DNA of 64,000 nucleotides from Candidatus Cloacimonadales bacterium (GTDB taxonomy: Bacteria; Cloacimonadota; Cloacimonadia; Cloacimonadales; JAFGVF01): NCBI GenBank assembly GCA_963663475.2, contig CAXXJV010000001.1:2048001-2112000 (forward strand), written 5' to 3'. Under the pieces are notes generated by a model. That model was not told the origin of the DNA. It saw only the letters and a list, made by a program, of their open reading frames with translations, and searched no databases. Position 1 is the first letter of the stretch. Every line of letters starts with the position of its first letter. Positions 41,298-51,352 of the stretch are shown here, one piece after another. The translations under genes and the position numbers were made by a program.

Positions 41298-41662
41298 TAA
41301 AAATATAGTGAAGGCTTATAAAATACTTATAGATAGTTAGATAAGTTAAACTTATTAGAAATATTAGCTTAATTACGTATATAGTGATGAAAGATATAAA
41401 ATTTTCCCTTCAGCGATTGAGATATGGGGATTTATTCTCTTGTCTCTTTCGTTGAGGAGAATGCTACTTAAGCAAAATATATTGGAGTTAGTTTTTTCTT
41501 GTTTCCACTTCCCTCAATTAAACCTAATAATGTAGTAGAGCTTTATTGAAGAATGAAGTTACTTAACTTAATAGATTAGATAAAATGATAAAGCATAAAA
41601 AAAAAGTTGACAGATATTAAGCAGATATTCAAGTGAAAAAAGAAAAAAAAGGGAGTTTTCGA

Positions 41663-43027
41663 ATGAAAAATTATCTGACTATAATTTTAATTTTATTAAT
41701 TTTTATGCCAGTGCTTAGTCTAACGGTAGCAGAAGTGCCTATGAATGGTGATGGGTCTTTAGAGAATCCTTATGAGATTGCTAATCTAGAAAATTTGAGG
41801 TGGTTATCTGAAAATGATACAGTTTGGGGAGATTCTTTAAATATAAAGTATTTTGAACAGGTTGCTGATATTGATGCAAGTGATACTTATACTTGGAATG
41901 ATGGAGCAGGATTTCAGCCTATAGGTTATACTAAGTCTATAGCAGGATCTTCTGAGCTAGAAAGAAAATACTTTTATGGAGCCTATAATGGAAACAATCA
42001 TAAAATTCTGAACCTATATATAAATACAAGTCAAACTAATTATGAAAATACTGGTATCTTTGGATTAATTGAAAACGCAAGTATAAGTAATTTAATAATT
42101 GATGATGCTACAATAGTTGGAAACTCTGTTGTAGGAAGTCTTGTGGGTTCAGGAGGTAATTCAATAATAGAAAAGTGTTCAATATCATCTCTTATAAGCG
42201 GAGATGAGCTTTTGGGTGGTCTTGCTGGTATTTTGGCTAATAGTCAAATCTCTCAAGTTTCAGCTTATTCTATTCTTAATGCACAAGTAAGTGGAGGAGG
42301 TTTAGTTGGACTACTAAATAATTCTGACCTAGATAATAGTCATTTTACAGGTCAAATTAATATAGAAGAGAATTCAGTTAATCCTCTATTTGGTGGCTTA
42401 GTACTTACCCTTTTAAATTCAAATATCACCAATTCTTATGCAAACTTATCTTCTAATAGTACTTTTGGAGGTGGATTAGTTGGTATGGGAATGAATTCTA
42501 GTCTTGATGCTTGTCTTTTTAATAGTGATTTATATTCATCAACTTCGCTCATAGTAACCAATATAAATACTTCAATTAACTCTTCAAGTGGACTTTCAGC
42601 TTCTTCGCTTACTAACTCACAAACTTATGCTGAACTTGCTTGGGATTTTGAGAATATTTGGTCTATAAGTGCTGAAGTTAATGACAACTTCCCTTATTTG
42701 CAATGGACTCTGAATTCTACTTCTTTAGAGGATAATGGTGTTACACCGATTACTACTAATAAATTAAATATTTATCCTAATCCCTTTAATCCTACTACAA
42801 CAATTGAATTTATATTAGACAAGGAAGAAGATGTTGTTTTAGAAATTTATAATATCAGGGGGCAGAAGGTTAGAACTTTAAACAATGGTTTGCTAGAAGC
42901 TAAGAAACATAAAATTGTTTGGAATGGGGTTAATGATCAAGGCAAAAAAGTTGCTTCTGCTTTGTATTTTGCTAGATTAAGAAAAGCTTCCCAGGAAATT
43001 ACCTCAAAACTTATACTTATGAAATAG
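41663..43027 (+). CDS. Secreted GLUG-motif protein with FlgD-Ig/T9SS-like CTD
   Basis: GDGSLENPYEI, repeated GGLVG/GSLVG, WDFENIW, YPNPFNP CTD. ATG at 41663 follows GGGAG. Confidence 0.8.
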   Translation: MKNYLTIILILLIFMPVLSLTVAEVPMNGDGSLENPYEIANLENLRWLSENDTVWGDSLNIKYFEQVADIDASDTYTWNDGAGFQPIGYTKSIAGSSELERKYFYGAYNGNNHKILNLYINTSQTNYENTGIFGLIENASISNLIIDDATIVGNSVVGSLVGSGGNSIIEKCSISSLISGDELLGGLAGILANSQISQVSAYSILNAQVSGGGLVGLLNNSDLDNSHFTGQINIEENSVNPLFGGLVLTLLNSNITNSYANLSSNSTFGGGLVGMGMNSSLDACLFNSDLYSSTSLIVTNINTSINSSSGLSASSLTNSQTYAELAWDFENIWSISAEVNDNFPYLQWTLNSTSLEDNGVTPITTNKLNIYPNPFNPTTTIEFILDKEEDVVLEIYNIRGQKVRTLNNGLLEAKKHKIVWNGVNDQGKKVASALYFARLRKASQEITSKLILMK

Positions 43028-43084
43028 TTACTGCATTCTATAAATTGCTCTATTCTCAAAGATCTATTGCATTATTGAGTTTAA

Positions 43085-43108
43085 AGGGGCGTATAAGTTT
43101 ACGCCCCT
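43085..43108. terminator. Hairpin between convergent genes
   Basis: AGGGGCGTA/TACGCCCCT. Confidence 0.6.
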
Positions 43109-43190
43109 ATATTTTAATCTAGAGTATGCACTAGGGCTTTTGACTTAAGAATATTCTACTATTCTCAAAGAGTTGCTCCATTATTTTGAT

Positions 43191-44120
43191 TTAAACACAT
43201 TCAACAGTCAGATGTTTTATCTTCTTGTTTTTTAAAATTTCTTTTTTGATTTCATTGCATTTTTCTAAATCTTGAGTTTTTACCGAACACATTACAGCTT
43301 TATCACCGTTAAGAATATCCCATATATGAATATCAGTAATTTCCAGATTATAAGTCTTTACTATATTAATGATATTTTCTTTAAGTGTTGGATCATCATC
43401 ATAATCTACTAGAATTTTACCAGTTGTTTTTAAAAGTCCAATACCCCACTTAATTACAATAATTGCTCCCAGTATACCAACTGCTGGATCCAACCAAATC
43501 CAACCCATATATTTAGCTCCTATCAGAGCTATTATTGCTCCAACGGAGGTTAAAGCGTCTGCTATCACATGCAGGTAAGCAGCTTTGAGATTGTGGTCTT
43601 CTTTGTGTTCATGATGGTCATGACAATCATTATCTTCATGAGAATGGTTATGATTATGTTTGTGATCATGTCCATGACTGTGTCCATGGTCATCCTTTAA
43701 TAATAAAGCACTTACAAAGTTAATTACTAGACCAATTACAGCTACTAAGAGAGATTGATTAAAACCAATATCTACCGGGTCGATAATTCTATGGAAAGAT
43801 TCCCAGATCATAACTAGGGCTGCTATAAGCAAGACAATTGCCGAAGTGTATCCCCCTAAAACACCAATTTTTCCAGTTCCAAAAGTAAATTTTGTATTCT
43901 CTGCATTCTTTTTAGTGATAATATAGGCGAAGAGAGTTATTAAGAGGGCAAGGGCATGGGTTCCCATATGGATTCCATCTGACAAGAGGGCCATTGACCC
44001 ATAGATTAGTCCTGCAGCAATCTCTGCTACCATCATCACAGCAGTAATTAAGATTACTATAGTTGTTTTTGTTTGATTTTTCTGATTAGAAATATCTTTG
44101 TGTAATACATCACATTTCAT
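43191..44120 (-). CDS. dmeF: CDF-family metal efflux transporter (DmeF-like) with His-rich loop
   Basis: SMALLSDGIHMGTH, FTFGTGK, His-rich loop, AAYLHVIADALTS, HLTVE. Confidence 0.8.
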   Translation of the reverse strand: MKCDVLHKDISNQKNQTKTTIVILITAVMMVAEIAAGLIYGSMALLSDGIHMGTHALALLITLFAYIITKKNAENTKFTFGTGKIGVLGGYTSAIVLLIAALVMIWESFHRIIDPVDIGFNQSLLVAVIGLVINFVSALLLKDDHGHSHGHDHKHNHNHSHEDNDCHDHHEHKEDHNLKAAYLHVIADALTSVGAIIALIGAKYMGWIWLDPAVGILGAIIVIKWGIGLLKTTGKILVDYDDDPTLKENIINIVKTYNLEITDIHIWDILNGDKAVMCSVKTQDLEKCNEIKKEILKNKKIKHLTVECV

Positions 44121-44123
44121 TTT

Positions 44124-44525
44124 TTATATTCTCCTTAATATTTTATCTAATAATTGGGTTAAATCTTGTTTTTCTTGGTCACTTAGTTCCTGAGTTAGCT
44201 CTTCAGCAAGCACATCATGGTGATGGGAATGTTCTTGGTATAATTCTTTCCCCTTGTCTGTAAGCTCTATATTGAAAGATCTTTTATCATTGTGATTAAC
44301 TAGTCTTCTTACTAAATTAAGTTTAGTTAATCTATCTATCATAACAGTGAGGGTGCCTGTGACAATACCGAGTTTTTCAGAAATTTCCTTCATCTTGATA
44401 GATTTATTTGATCCAATTACTTCTAGTGTATGCATCTGTTGTAAGGTAAGTCCACACTCTTTAACAGTTTCATGCTCCCAAGAAGAGAGCTTATCATATA
44501 ATTCTATAAGTTTTTTACTTAACAT
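44124..44525 (-). CDS. MarR-family regulator with AdcR/ZitR-like His cluster
   Basis: wHTH, DKRS wing, LTDKG, EHSHHHD. Confidence 0.85.
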   Translation of the reverse strand: MLSKKLIELYDKLSSWEHETVKECGLTLQQMHTLEVIGSNKSIKMKEISEKLGIVTGTLTVMIDRLTKLNLVRRLVNHNDKRSFNIELTDKGKELYQEHSHHHDVLAEELTQELSDQEKQDLTQLLDKILRRI

Positions 44526-44540
44526 AAGCTATCCTTTTAT

Positions 44541-44586
44541 ATTGTTTGACAGTCAAACTAATTAAAATTGTTTGAATGTCAAACTA
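44541..44586. promoter_or_regulatory. Tandem palindromic operator overlapping the marR-CDF promoter
   Basis: ATTGTTTGACAGTCAAACTA (44541-44560) and ATTGTTTGAATGTCAAACTA (44567-44586); minus-strand TTGACA-16-TAGTTT lies within them. Confidence 0.8.
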
Positions 44587-44871
44587 TTTCTTAGTGAATT
44601 TTCTCTAACCTACTAGATATGGTTATATAATCCCAAATAAATAAGTAGATTTTTGAGGAAATAATCGATTATTTTGCTCAAGAATAAGACTATCTGGGAT
44701 TATGGTTTGTATTTGTATTTGGTTTGTATTTTACCTTTACGGTTATTGGGCCTTTATTGCTGGTGAATTAGGCATGGATTAGGGCAAAGTCTAATAGACA
44801 ACAAATTAAGAAGTAGCAGAGATATGGTATAAAGTAGAGTAGGAGAATTGAGAGGCAAGTAAGAAGTAAGA

Positions 44872-44894
44872 AAGGCAGGATCAAGTCCTGCCTT
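44872..44894 (-). terminator. Terminator of iorAB
   Basis: AAGGCAGGA/TCCTGCCTT stem with a T-rich tail on the minus strand. Confidence 0.7.
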
Positions 44895-44917
44895 GCTTAA
44901 GAAATATAGCTTATTAT

Positions 44918-45490
44918 TTATTTTGCAGCGTCAAAGCCTGCTTTAAGAGCTTTAATATTAGCATCAACAATAGCTTGACCTTTGCGACCAAAGATAGTTT
45001 TAATAGAATCTTCGATTTGTTCTAAAGTAAAGCCCAGAGTTTTAACTGCTGCTCCGAGAATAACAATATTCATTGATCTAGCTGAACCCAAATCTTTAGC
45101 AATTTTATCAGCATCAATAAGAACATGGTTTTTAACAGATTTAATCTTGTTATAAATTTCTTCTTTTTCTGGGTAATCAGGGATGTTAACGAAAGGGGTT
45201 GAATTAGCAATTAACCAACCATTTTCATTTAGGTAAGGAAGGTAACGAAGAGCTTCCATAGGTTCCACAGAAAGAATTAAGTCAGCTCCTCCCATAGGGA
45301 TAAGATCAGAGAATATTTCTTGGTCTGATATTCTCAAGTGAGATTGAACATCACCACCACGTTGACTCATTCCATGGACTTCAGCTTGTTTTAAGAACAT
45401 ATCAGAGGAAACAGCAGCTTGTCCAATAACAGTAGCAATGGTAAGAATACCTTGTCCACCAACACCGGCTAATATAATATCTTTTTTCAT
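44918..45490 (-). CDS. iorB: Indolepyruvate oxidoreductase beta subunit
   Basis: AGVGGQG, EVHGMSQRGG, VEPMEALRY. Confidence 0.92.
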   Translation of the reverse strand: MKKDIILAGVGGQGILTIATVIGQAAVSSDMFLKQAEVHGMSQRGGDVQSHLRISDQEIFSDLIPMGGADLILSVEPMEALRYLPYLNENGWLIANSTPFVNIPDYPEKEEIYNKIKSVKNHVLIDADKIAKDLGSARSMNIVILGAAVKTLGFTLEQIEDSIKTIFGRKGQAIVDANIKALKAGFDAAK

Positions 45491-45499
45491 TATAACCTC

Positions 45500-47089
45500 C
45501 TATTTCCTTACTTTTTTCTTAAGAGTTTGGATACATTCTCTACGTGGTATAATCACTGAAACGCCATTGTAAGCAATTTCTTCTTTAAATACTTGTACAT
45601 TTTCATCATGTTTGTTTTTAAGAGGTGTGATAACACGGATATGTTCTTCTTCAACACCTAAGCCTTTACATACAGCTTCAATTCTACCAAAACCAGTATA
45701 ATCTTGTCCACCAGTCATACCAGTTGTAGAGTTATCAAGAATAACGATAACAACATTATTTTTATCGAAGATACAATCCATAAGGCCAGTAAGACCAGAG
45801 TGGAAGAATGTAGAGTCTCCAATTACAGCAATAGCAGGATGAATACCAGCATCAGAAGCACCTTTAGCCATTGTAATAGAAGCGCCCATATCTAAACAGG
45901 TATTGATAGCATTATAAGGAGGCAAGAAACCTAGGGTGTAACATCCGATATCAGAGAATACTCTACCATTAGGAGTCTCTTTTAAAGAATCATTAATAGC
46001 ATTATAAGAATCAATATGAGGACAACCAACACAGAGAGCAGGTGGTCTGTTAGAGATAAAAGCAGGTTTTTCTTCACCGAAAGTATTTGGTAAGCCAAGA
46101 GCTTTTGCTACATGGTTAGGATTAAGTTCGCCAACTCTTGGAAGGCTACCATCTAATCTACCTTTGATTTTAGTATTGCCAGAAACAAAACCTTTTAATT
46201 GTTGTTCAACAACTGGCATGCCTTCTTCGATTACAAGAACTTGATCACATTCATTCATGATCTTTTCAACTTGCTTTCTAGGAAGAGGGTATTGACTAAC
46301 CTTGAGGATTGGATGTTTGAAATCAACTTTTCTTACATTTTCCATTAAGTAGTTGTAGCCAAGTCCACAAGCAATAATACCTAAAGTCTTATCAGAACCA
46401 TCTATATATTTATTAAATGGTGATTCTTCGGAAGCTTGTTCTAATTGAGCTTGCAAAGGAACTAATTTATCATATTTCATTCTTGAGAATGCTGGTAAGA
46501 GCATAAATTGGTTTGGATCTTCAGGGAAAGTAAGATCATTTTCAGCAATCATGTCTTTAGTAACAACACCAGAACGAGAGTGGGAGAGACGTGTCTCAAG
46601 TCTTACCATTACAGGAAGTTTAAATTTTTCGGAAAGCTCAAAGCCATAGAAAGCAGCTTCATAACATTCTTGTTGGTTAGAAGGTTCTATACAAGGAATC
46701 AAAGCAAAGTTAGCATAGATTCTAGAATCTTGTTCATTTTGAGATGAGTGCATTGAAGGATCATCAGCAACAGCAACTAAAAGTCCGCCATTTGCACCTG
46801 TCATTGCAGAGTTCATAAATGGATCTGCAGCAACATTTAAACCAACATGTTTCATTGTAGCCATAGTTCTTTTGCCAGCATAGGACATACCAACAGCTTC
46901 TTCCATAGCAGTTTTTTCATTAGAAGCCCATGTTCTGTGAATATCTTTTTCAATTGCGACCTTGTTTTTCTGAACATACTCAATTATTTCAGTTGATGGT
47001 GTACCCGGATAACCGAAGAAACCTGAGATACCAGCGTCAATAGCACCTTGTGCTAACGCTTCATCACCGAGTAAAAGTATTTTTTTCAT
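45500..47089 (-). CDS. iorA: Indolepyruvate oxidoreductase alpha subunit
   Basis: GYPGTPSTE, MKHVGLNVA, SSQNEQD, LCVGCPH, DIGCY, GDSTFFHSG. Confidence 0.92.
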   Translation of the reverse strand: MKKILLLGDEALAQGAIDAGISGFFGYPGTPSTEIIEYVQKNKVAIEKDIHRTWASNEKTAMEEAVGMSYAGKRTMATMKHVGLNVAADPFMNSAMTGANGGLLVAVADDPSMHSSQNEQDSRIYANFALIPCIEPSNQQECYEAAFYGFELSEKFKLPVMVRLETRLSHSRSGVVTKDMIAENDLTFPEDPNQFMLLPAFSRMKYDKLVPLQAQLEQASEESPFNKYIDGSDKTLGIIACGLGYNYLMENVRKVDFKHPILKVSQYPLPRKQVEKIMNECDQVLVIEEGMPVVEQQLKGFVSGNTKIKGRLDGSLPRVGELNPNHVAKALGLPNTFGEEKPAFISNRPPALCVGCPHIDSYNAINDSLKETPNGRVFSDIGCYTLGFLPPYNAINTCLDMGASITMAKGASDAGIHPAIAVIGDSTFFHSGLTGLMDCIFDKNNVVIVILDNSTTGMTGGQDYTGFGRIEAVCKGLGVEEEHIRVITPLKNKHDENVQVFKEEIAYNGVSVIIPRRECIQTLKKKVRK

Positions 47090-47296
47090 ATTTACTCCTA
47101 TTATTCATATTTGTTTTATTACTACCAAAATATCAGACTCGCTTATCTAAGGCAAGGATTTTTTAGTTTTTTTTCAGATTTTCATAAAAATGGAGTCAAA
47201 ATTGTATGTTAGAAATGCGAAAAAGTATTTTTCAATTGACAAGAATGCCTTGCTTAAAATAAATTACAAAAAAAATATATAATTAAAGGAGAAAAA

Positions 47297-48670
47297 ATGG
47301 ATAAGATGCCATATGCTGAACCCTATAAAATTAAAATGGTGGAAGCAATAAAATCTACAACTAAAGAAGAAAGAATTGAAGCAATCAAAAAAGCAGGATA
47401 TAATCTTTTTAATCTCCGTTCAGAGGATGTATTTGTTGATTTGATTACAGATTCAGGAACTGGTGCAATGAGTGATCAACAGTGGTCAGCTCTCATGTTA
47501 GGAGATGAAGCTTATGCAGGTTCAAGATCTTTCTTCAAAATGAAAGACACTATAAAAAGAATTCTTGGTTTTGATTATGTTTTACCTACTCACCAAGGAA
47601 GAGCTGCTGAAAATGTGCTTTTTTCTGCCTTAGTAAAAGAAGGTGATATAGTTCCGGGTAACAGTCACTTTGATACTACCAAAGGTCATATTGAATTCAG
47701 AAAAGCTACTTGTATAGACTGTACTATTGACCAAGCATTTGATCCGACACTAATTCACCCATTTAAAGGAAATGCCAACATAGAAAAACTTGAAGATACA
47801 ATTAAGAAGTTTAGAAATAATATCCCATTTGTAATCATGACAGTTACATGTAACAATGGGGGAGGACAACCTGTATCTTTAGAAAACTTAAGAGCTGTAA
47901 GAGCTTTATGTGATAAATATGAATTACCACTTTTCTTTGATTCAGCTCGTTTCGCTGAGAATGCTTACTTTATTAAAAAGCGTGAAGAAGGCTATGCTGA
48001 TAAAACCATAAAAGAAATTGTAGCAGAAATGTTTACTTTAGCTGATGGTATGACTATGTCTTCTAAGAAAGATGCTATAGTTAATATTGGTGGTTTTATT
48101 GCTATGCGTAGCGAAGATCTTTATAAAAAATGTTCAGTATTTAATATCATGTTCGAAGGTTACCTTTCTTATGGTGGTATGGCTGGTAGAGATATGGCTG
48201 CTTTAGCCCAAGGCCTAGAAGAAAATACTGAATATGCTTATTTAGATGCTAGAATTTCTCAAGTTGAATATCTTGGTCGCAGACTTAAAGAAGAAGGTAT
48301 TCCTGTAATGGAACCTTTTGGTGGTCATGCTATTTATGTTGATGCTCTTAGATTCTTACCTAATATCCCTCAAGTACACTTCCCTGCTCAAGTTTTAGGT
48401 ATTGAATTATATATCGAAGCAGGAGTGAGAGGTGTGGAAATTGGAACTGTCTTAGCAGATAGAGATCCTGTTACTAGAGAAGAAAGACCACCTAAAACAG
48501 AACTCCTTCGTTTAGCAATTCCTAGAAGAGTTTATACTAATAATCATATGGAAGTGATTGTTTGGGGACTTAAGAAAGTCTGGGAAAGAAGAAATGAACT
48601 TAAAGGTTTAGAACTAGACTATGAAGCTCCTATTATGAGACACTTCACAGCTACTTTTAAAAGAAAATAG
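47297..48670 (+). CDS. tnaA: Tryptophanase (beta-eliminating lyase)
   Basis: TDSGT, HQGRAAE, MSSKKD (PLP Lys). FDTT, EIG and RHFTA match TnaA rather than tyrosine phenol-lyase (FTTT, ERG, RFFTA). Confidence 0.85.
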   Translation: MDKMPYAEPYKIKMVEAIKSTTKEERIEAIKKAGYNLFNLRSEDVFVDLITDSGTGAMSDQQWSALMLGDEAYAGSRSFFKMKDTIKRILGFDYVLPTHQGRAAENVLFSALVKEGDIVPGNSHFDTTKGHIEFRKATCIDCTIDQAFDPTLIHPFKGNANIEKLEDTIKKFRNNIPFVIMTVTCNNGGGQPVSLENLRAVRALCDKYELPLFFDSARFAENAYFIKKREEGYADKTIKEIVAEMFTLADGMTMSSKKDAIVNIGGFIAMRSEDLYKKCSVFNIMFEGYLSYGGMAGRDMAALAQGLEENTEYAYLDARISQVEYLGRRLKEEGIPVMEPFGGHAIYVDALRFLPNIPQVHFPAQVLGIELYIEAGVRGVEIGTVLADRDPVTREERPPKTELLRLAIPRRVYTNNHMEVIVWGLKKVWERRNELKGLELDYEAPIMRHFTATFKRK

Positions 48671-48680
48671 ATATTTTACT

Positions 48681-48711
48681 ACCCCTCCTCTTTTGATTAT
48701 GGAGGGGTTTT
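48681..48711 (+). terminator. Intrinsic terminator
   Basis: ACCCCTCC...GGAGGGGT followed by TTT. Confidence 0.7.
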
Positions 48712-48892
48712 CTTGTCTATTTGAAAAAATAAGATAAGAGAAAAATAATCATTCTGAATTAACTCTTTTTACTGATATTTAAAAGTTTAAGGCTAAAGAG
48801 TAATCCGCTCCTGCTTCCTCAAAAAAGAATTTTTATTTTATTAGGGGCGAGAAAAGATGATACTAATCTAAATTAATAAGGAAGGTTGCTAT

Positions 48893-50146
48893 ATGATTAA
48901 CTGTTATAATGTATTGAAAGAATTAGATTTTGAACATCTTGCTGCTTCCCCAGAAGAAGCTAAAGCTAGAGAAATTATTAAAAAATATCTTGATGAATCT
49001 AACATAAACTACCAAGAAGAAGCTTTTACTATGCATGGTTTTGAAACTGGTAATAGCCAAATACTTGCTGGTGATTTGCAGATAGAAGCTCTACCATTTG
49101 GTTTGATTGAATCACAAGAAATCCAAGGCCAATTGGTAATCTTAGATAATATAAAAGTCGCAGAATATAATTATGGTGCCTTTAAAGATAAGATTATTAT
49201 GAGCTACGGAGTGAGTAGAAATGCCTTTGACCTCATGCTAAAACAGGGAGTGAAAGCATTTATCTCAGTTTCAGGTCCAAGAAAAGAAGCTTCTAATCTT
49301 TCACATAGACAAGAAAATGTTACAAGTGGCTTGTTGCCATCTGTCAGTATCAGATATGAAGATGCTATAAAACTAATTCCCCATAATGGTTCAGATATTC
49401 ATATAAAAATTGACCAGAAAAGATTTGAAAGAAAAGCATATAATATAGTTGCTAGTATTGGCCAAGCTAATATAGACCAAAATATTACTTACTTAACTGC
49501 TCATTATGATACTGTTGCTCGTTCTCATGGATCTTCTGACAATGGGGCTGGAACAGTAGTTATTCTTAAAGTTGCCCAATATTTCGCAGAAAAGAATCCT
49601 GATAGACAACTTAAAGTTATCTTTTGCTCAGGAGAAGAGATGGGTTTGTTGGGTTCAACAGCCTATGTTGAAAAGCATATTGATGAAATAAAAGAAAATG
49701 GTTCCTTTGTGGTAAATGTTGATGTAGCAGGTGATTATTTCGGTTCTGATAGAATGATGGTTATCGGAACTAACGAACTTAAAGGATATATGTCAGGTAT
49801 TTCTAAAGAAGCTGGTTATTGCTTTGATGATATTCTAAATATTTATAGCTCTGATGCTATGCCTTTTTCTGTTTATGAAATTCCTTCTGTTAATCTAGCT
49901 AGATTTGGTGGTTCAGCATCTAGTAAGATACATACCATAAATGACGATATGACAGATATCTATGATAAAAACTTAGACTTTTACTTTAATGCAACTGTAA
50001 ATATCTTAGAACGTGTCTTAACTTCTAAGATTTGGAACATTCCTAAAGAAATTGATCCATCTCTCAGGTCAAAGATTGAAAAATATATGTGGGGCTCACG
50101 TAGAAAAGAACCAAAATTAGAATGGAAACCTAACTATAAAAAATAA
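48893..50146 (+). CDS. M28-family metallopeptidase with PA-like insertion
   Basis: AHYD, DNGAG, GEEMGLLGS, NVDVAG, IHTIND. Confidence 0.88.
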   Translation: MINCYNVLKELDFEHLAASPEEAKAREIIKKYLDESNINYQEEAFTMHGFETGNSQILAGDLQIEALPFGLIESQEIQGQLVILDNIKVAEYNYGAFKDKIIMSYGVSRNAFDLMLKQGVKAFISVSGPRKEASNLSHRQENVTSGLLPSVSIRYEDAIKLIPHNGSDIHIKIDQKRFERKAYNIVASIGQANIDQNITYLTAHYDTVARSHGSSDNGAGTVVILKVAQYFAEKNPDRQLKVIFCSGEEMGLLGSTAYVEKHIDEIKENGSFVVNVDVAGDYFGSDRMMVIGTNELKGYMSGISKEAGYCFDDILNIYSSDAMPFSVYEIPSVNLARFGGSASSKIHTINDDMTDIYDKNLDFYFNATVNILERVLTSKIWNIPKEIDPSLRSKIEKYMWGSRRKEPKLEWKPNYKK

Positions 50147-50272
50147 ATTAAATTATTGTTAATCAATAAGATATAGTAAAGTTAGACGTAAACTAACAAA
50201 AAAGTTATAACTTATTATTGACAAATTAGCAGTCTCTAAAGATTACTGCAAGAAAAATATTTCGAGGTAATA

Positions 50273-51112
50273 ATGGAAAATAAAAAGAAAGAAGAAGAGA
50301 TTAAAGAAAGTCAATATCAAGATAATCTCTCAAGAATAAAACATCGTATTGTTGTAATAAGTGGAAAAGGTGGTGTTGGAAAATCAACTACAGCTGTAAA
50401 TCTTGCCTATGGCTTAGCTTTTTCAGGTAAGAAAGTAGGTGTTATTGATGTTGATATTCACGGACCATCAATAGCCAAAATGATGGGTATTGAAGGTAAA
50501 CTTCTGCAAGCTGATGAAAAAAGTGGAAGACCAACTCCTGTAAAAGTTCATGATAACATGTTTGTTTTAACTATAGCAACCTTAATGCCAAATCAAGATG
50601 ATCCTTTAATTTGGAGAGGTCCTCTTAAAATGGGACTAATCAAACAATTCTTACAAGATATTGAATGGCCAGAAATAGACTACTTAGTAGTAGATTGCCC
50701 TCCTGGAACAGGTGATGAACCACTATCAATCATACAACTTTTAGGTAATGTAGATGGATCAGTAATTGTTTCAACACCTCAAGATGTTGCTTTCTTAGAT
50801 GCTAGAAAAACAATTAAATTCTCTGAAAAACTTAATGTCCCTATCTTGGGATTAGTCGAAAATATGGCTTCCTTTGTTTGCCCTCACTGCGGTGAACCAA
50901 TTACTCTTTTCCAAGGCCAAGGAGCTAAAAAAGCAGCTGAAGACTTTGGGGTAGAAATACTTGGTAATATCCCTGTTGATGTTAATATTCCTAAGACAAC
51001 TGATGGTGGAAGACCTTATATCTATGATTATGGTAAGACTGCTGGTGCTAAAGAATTTACTAAAGTAGTGCATAGAATCATTGAGAAAGTAGAAAAAGTA
51101 AAAGTAAATTAA
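50273..51112 (+). CDS. Mrp/NBP35 (ApbC) Fe-S cluster carrier ATPase
   Basis: SGKGGVGKST, IWRGP, DCPPGTGD, ENMASFVCPHC. Confidence 0.93.
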   Translation: MENKKKEEEIKESQYQDNLSRIKHRIVVISGKGGVGKSTTAVNLAYGLAFSGKKVGVIDVDIHGPSIAKMMGIEGKLLQADEKSGRPTPVKVHDNMFVLTIATLMPNQDDPLIWRGPLKMGLIKQFLQDIEWPEIDYLVVDCPPGTGDEPLSIIQLLGNVDGSVIVSTPQDVAFLDARKTIKFSEKLNVPILGLVENMASFVCPHCGEPITLFQGQGAKKAAEDFGVEILGNIPVDVNIPKTTDGGRPYIYDYGKTAGAKEFTKVVHRIIEKVEKVKVN

Positions 51113-51126
51113 TCAATATTGATTAA

Positions 51127-51221
51127 ACCCAAATAAGGCCTTAGACCTTTACGAATAGCAGAATCTTCTTTTGCAAAAGAAGATAGCAATCTTCATCAAA
51201 GTTCTATTGTACCATTCGGGT
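51127..51221 (+). mobile_element. MITE-like element, copy E
   Basis: ACCCAAATAAGGCCTTAGACCTTT...CAAAGTTCTATTGTACCATTCGGGT; internal hairpin ATCTTCTTTTGCAAAAGAAGAT. Confidence 0.7.
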
Positions 51222-51352
51222 AAAAAAATACATAACAGTCTTCTATTCTCTTTAACAAGAATAATAATGAATAAAGATTGTTGAAAAAAATAGCTTAACC
51301 CAGGGTGTTTACTAAATAACTAACCCTGGGTTAAATTTTATGAGGATAGGAA

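Noticed and set aside
44690-44870. Possible decayed fourth copy of the long palindrome (CCTTTACGGT, TTTGTA repeats, purine skew)
   Set aside because: Only a 10-bp match and no pairing arms.
47190-47282. Possible TnaC-like leader peptide (MESKLYVR...)
   Set aside because: No Trp, no terminal Pro, and it overlaps the likely promoter.
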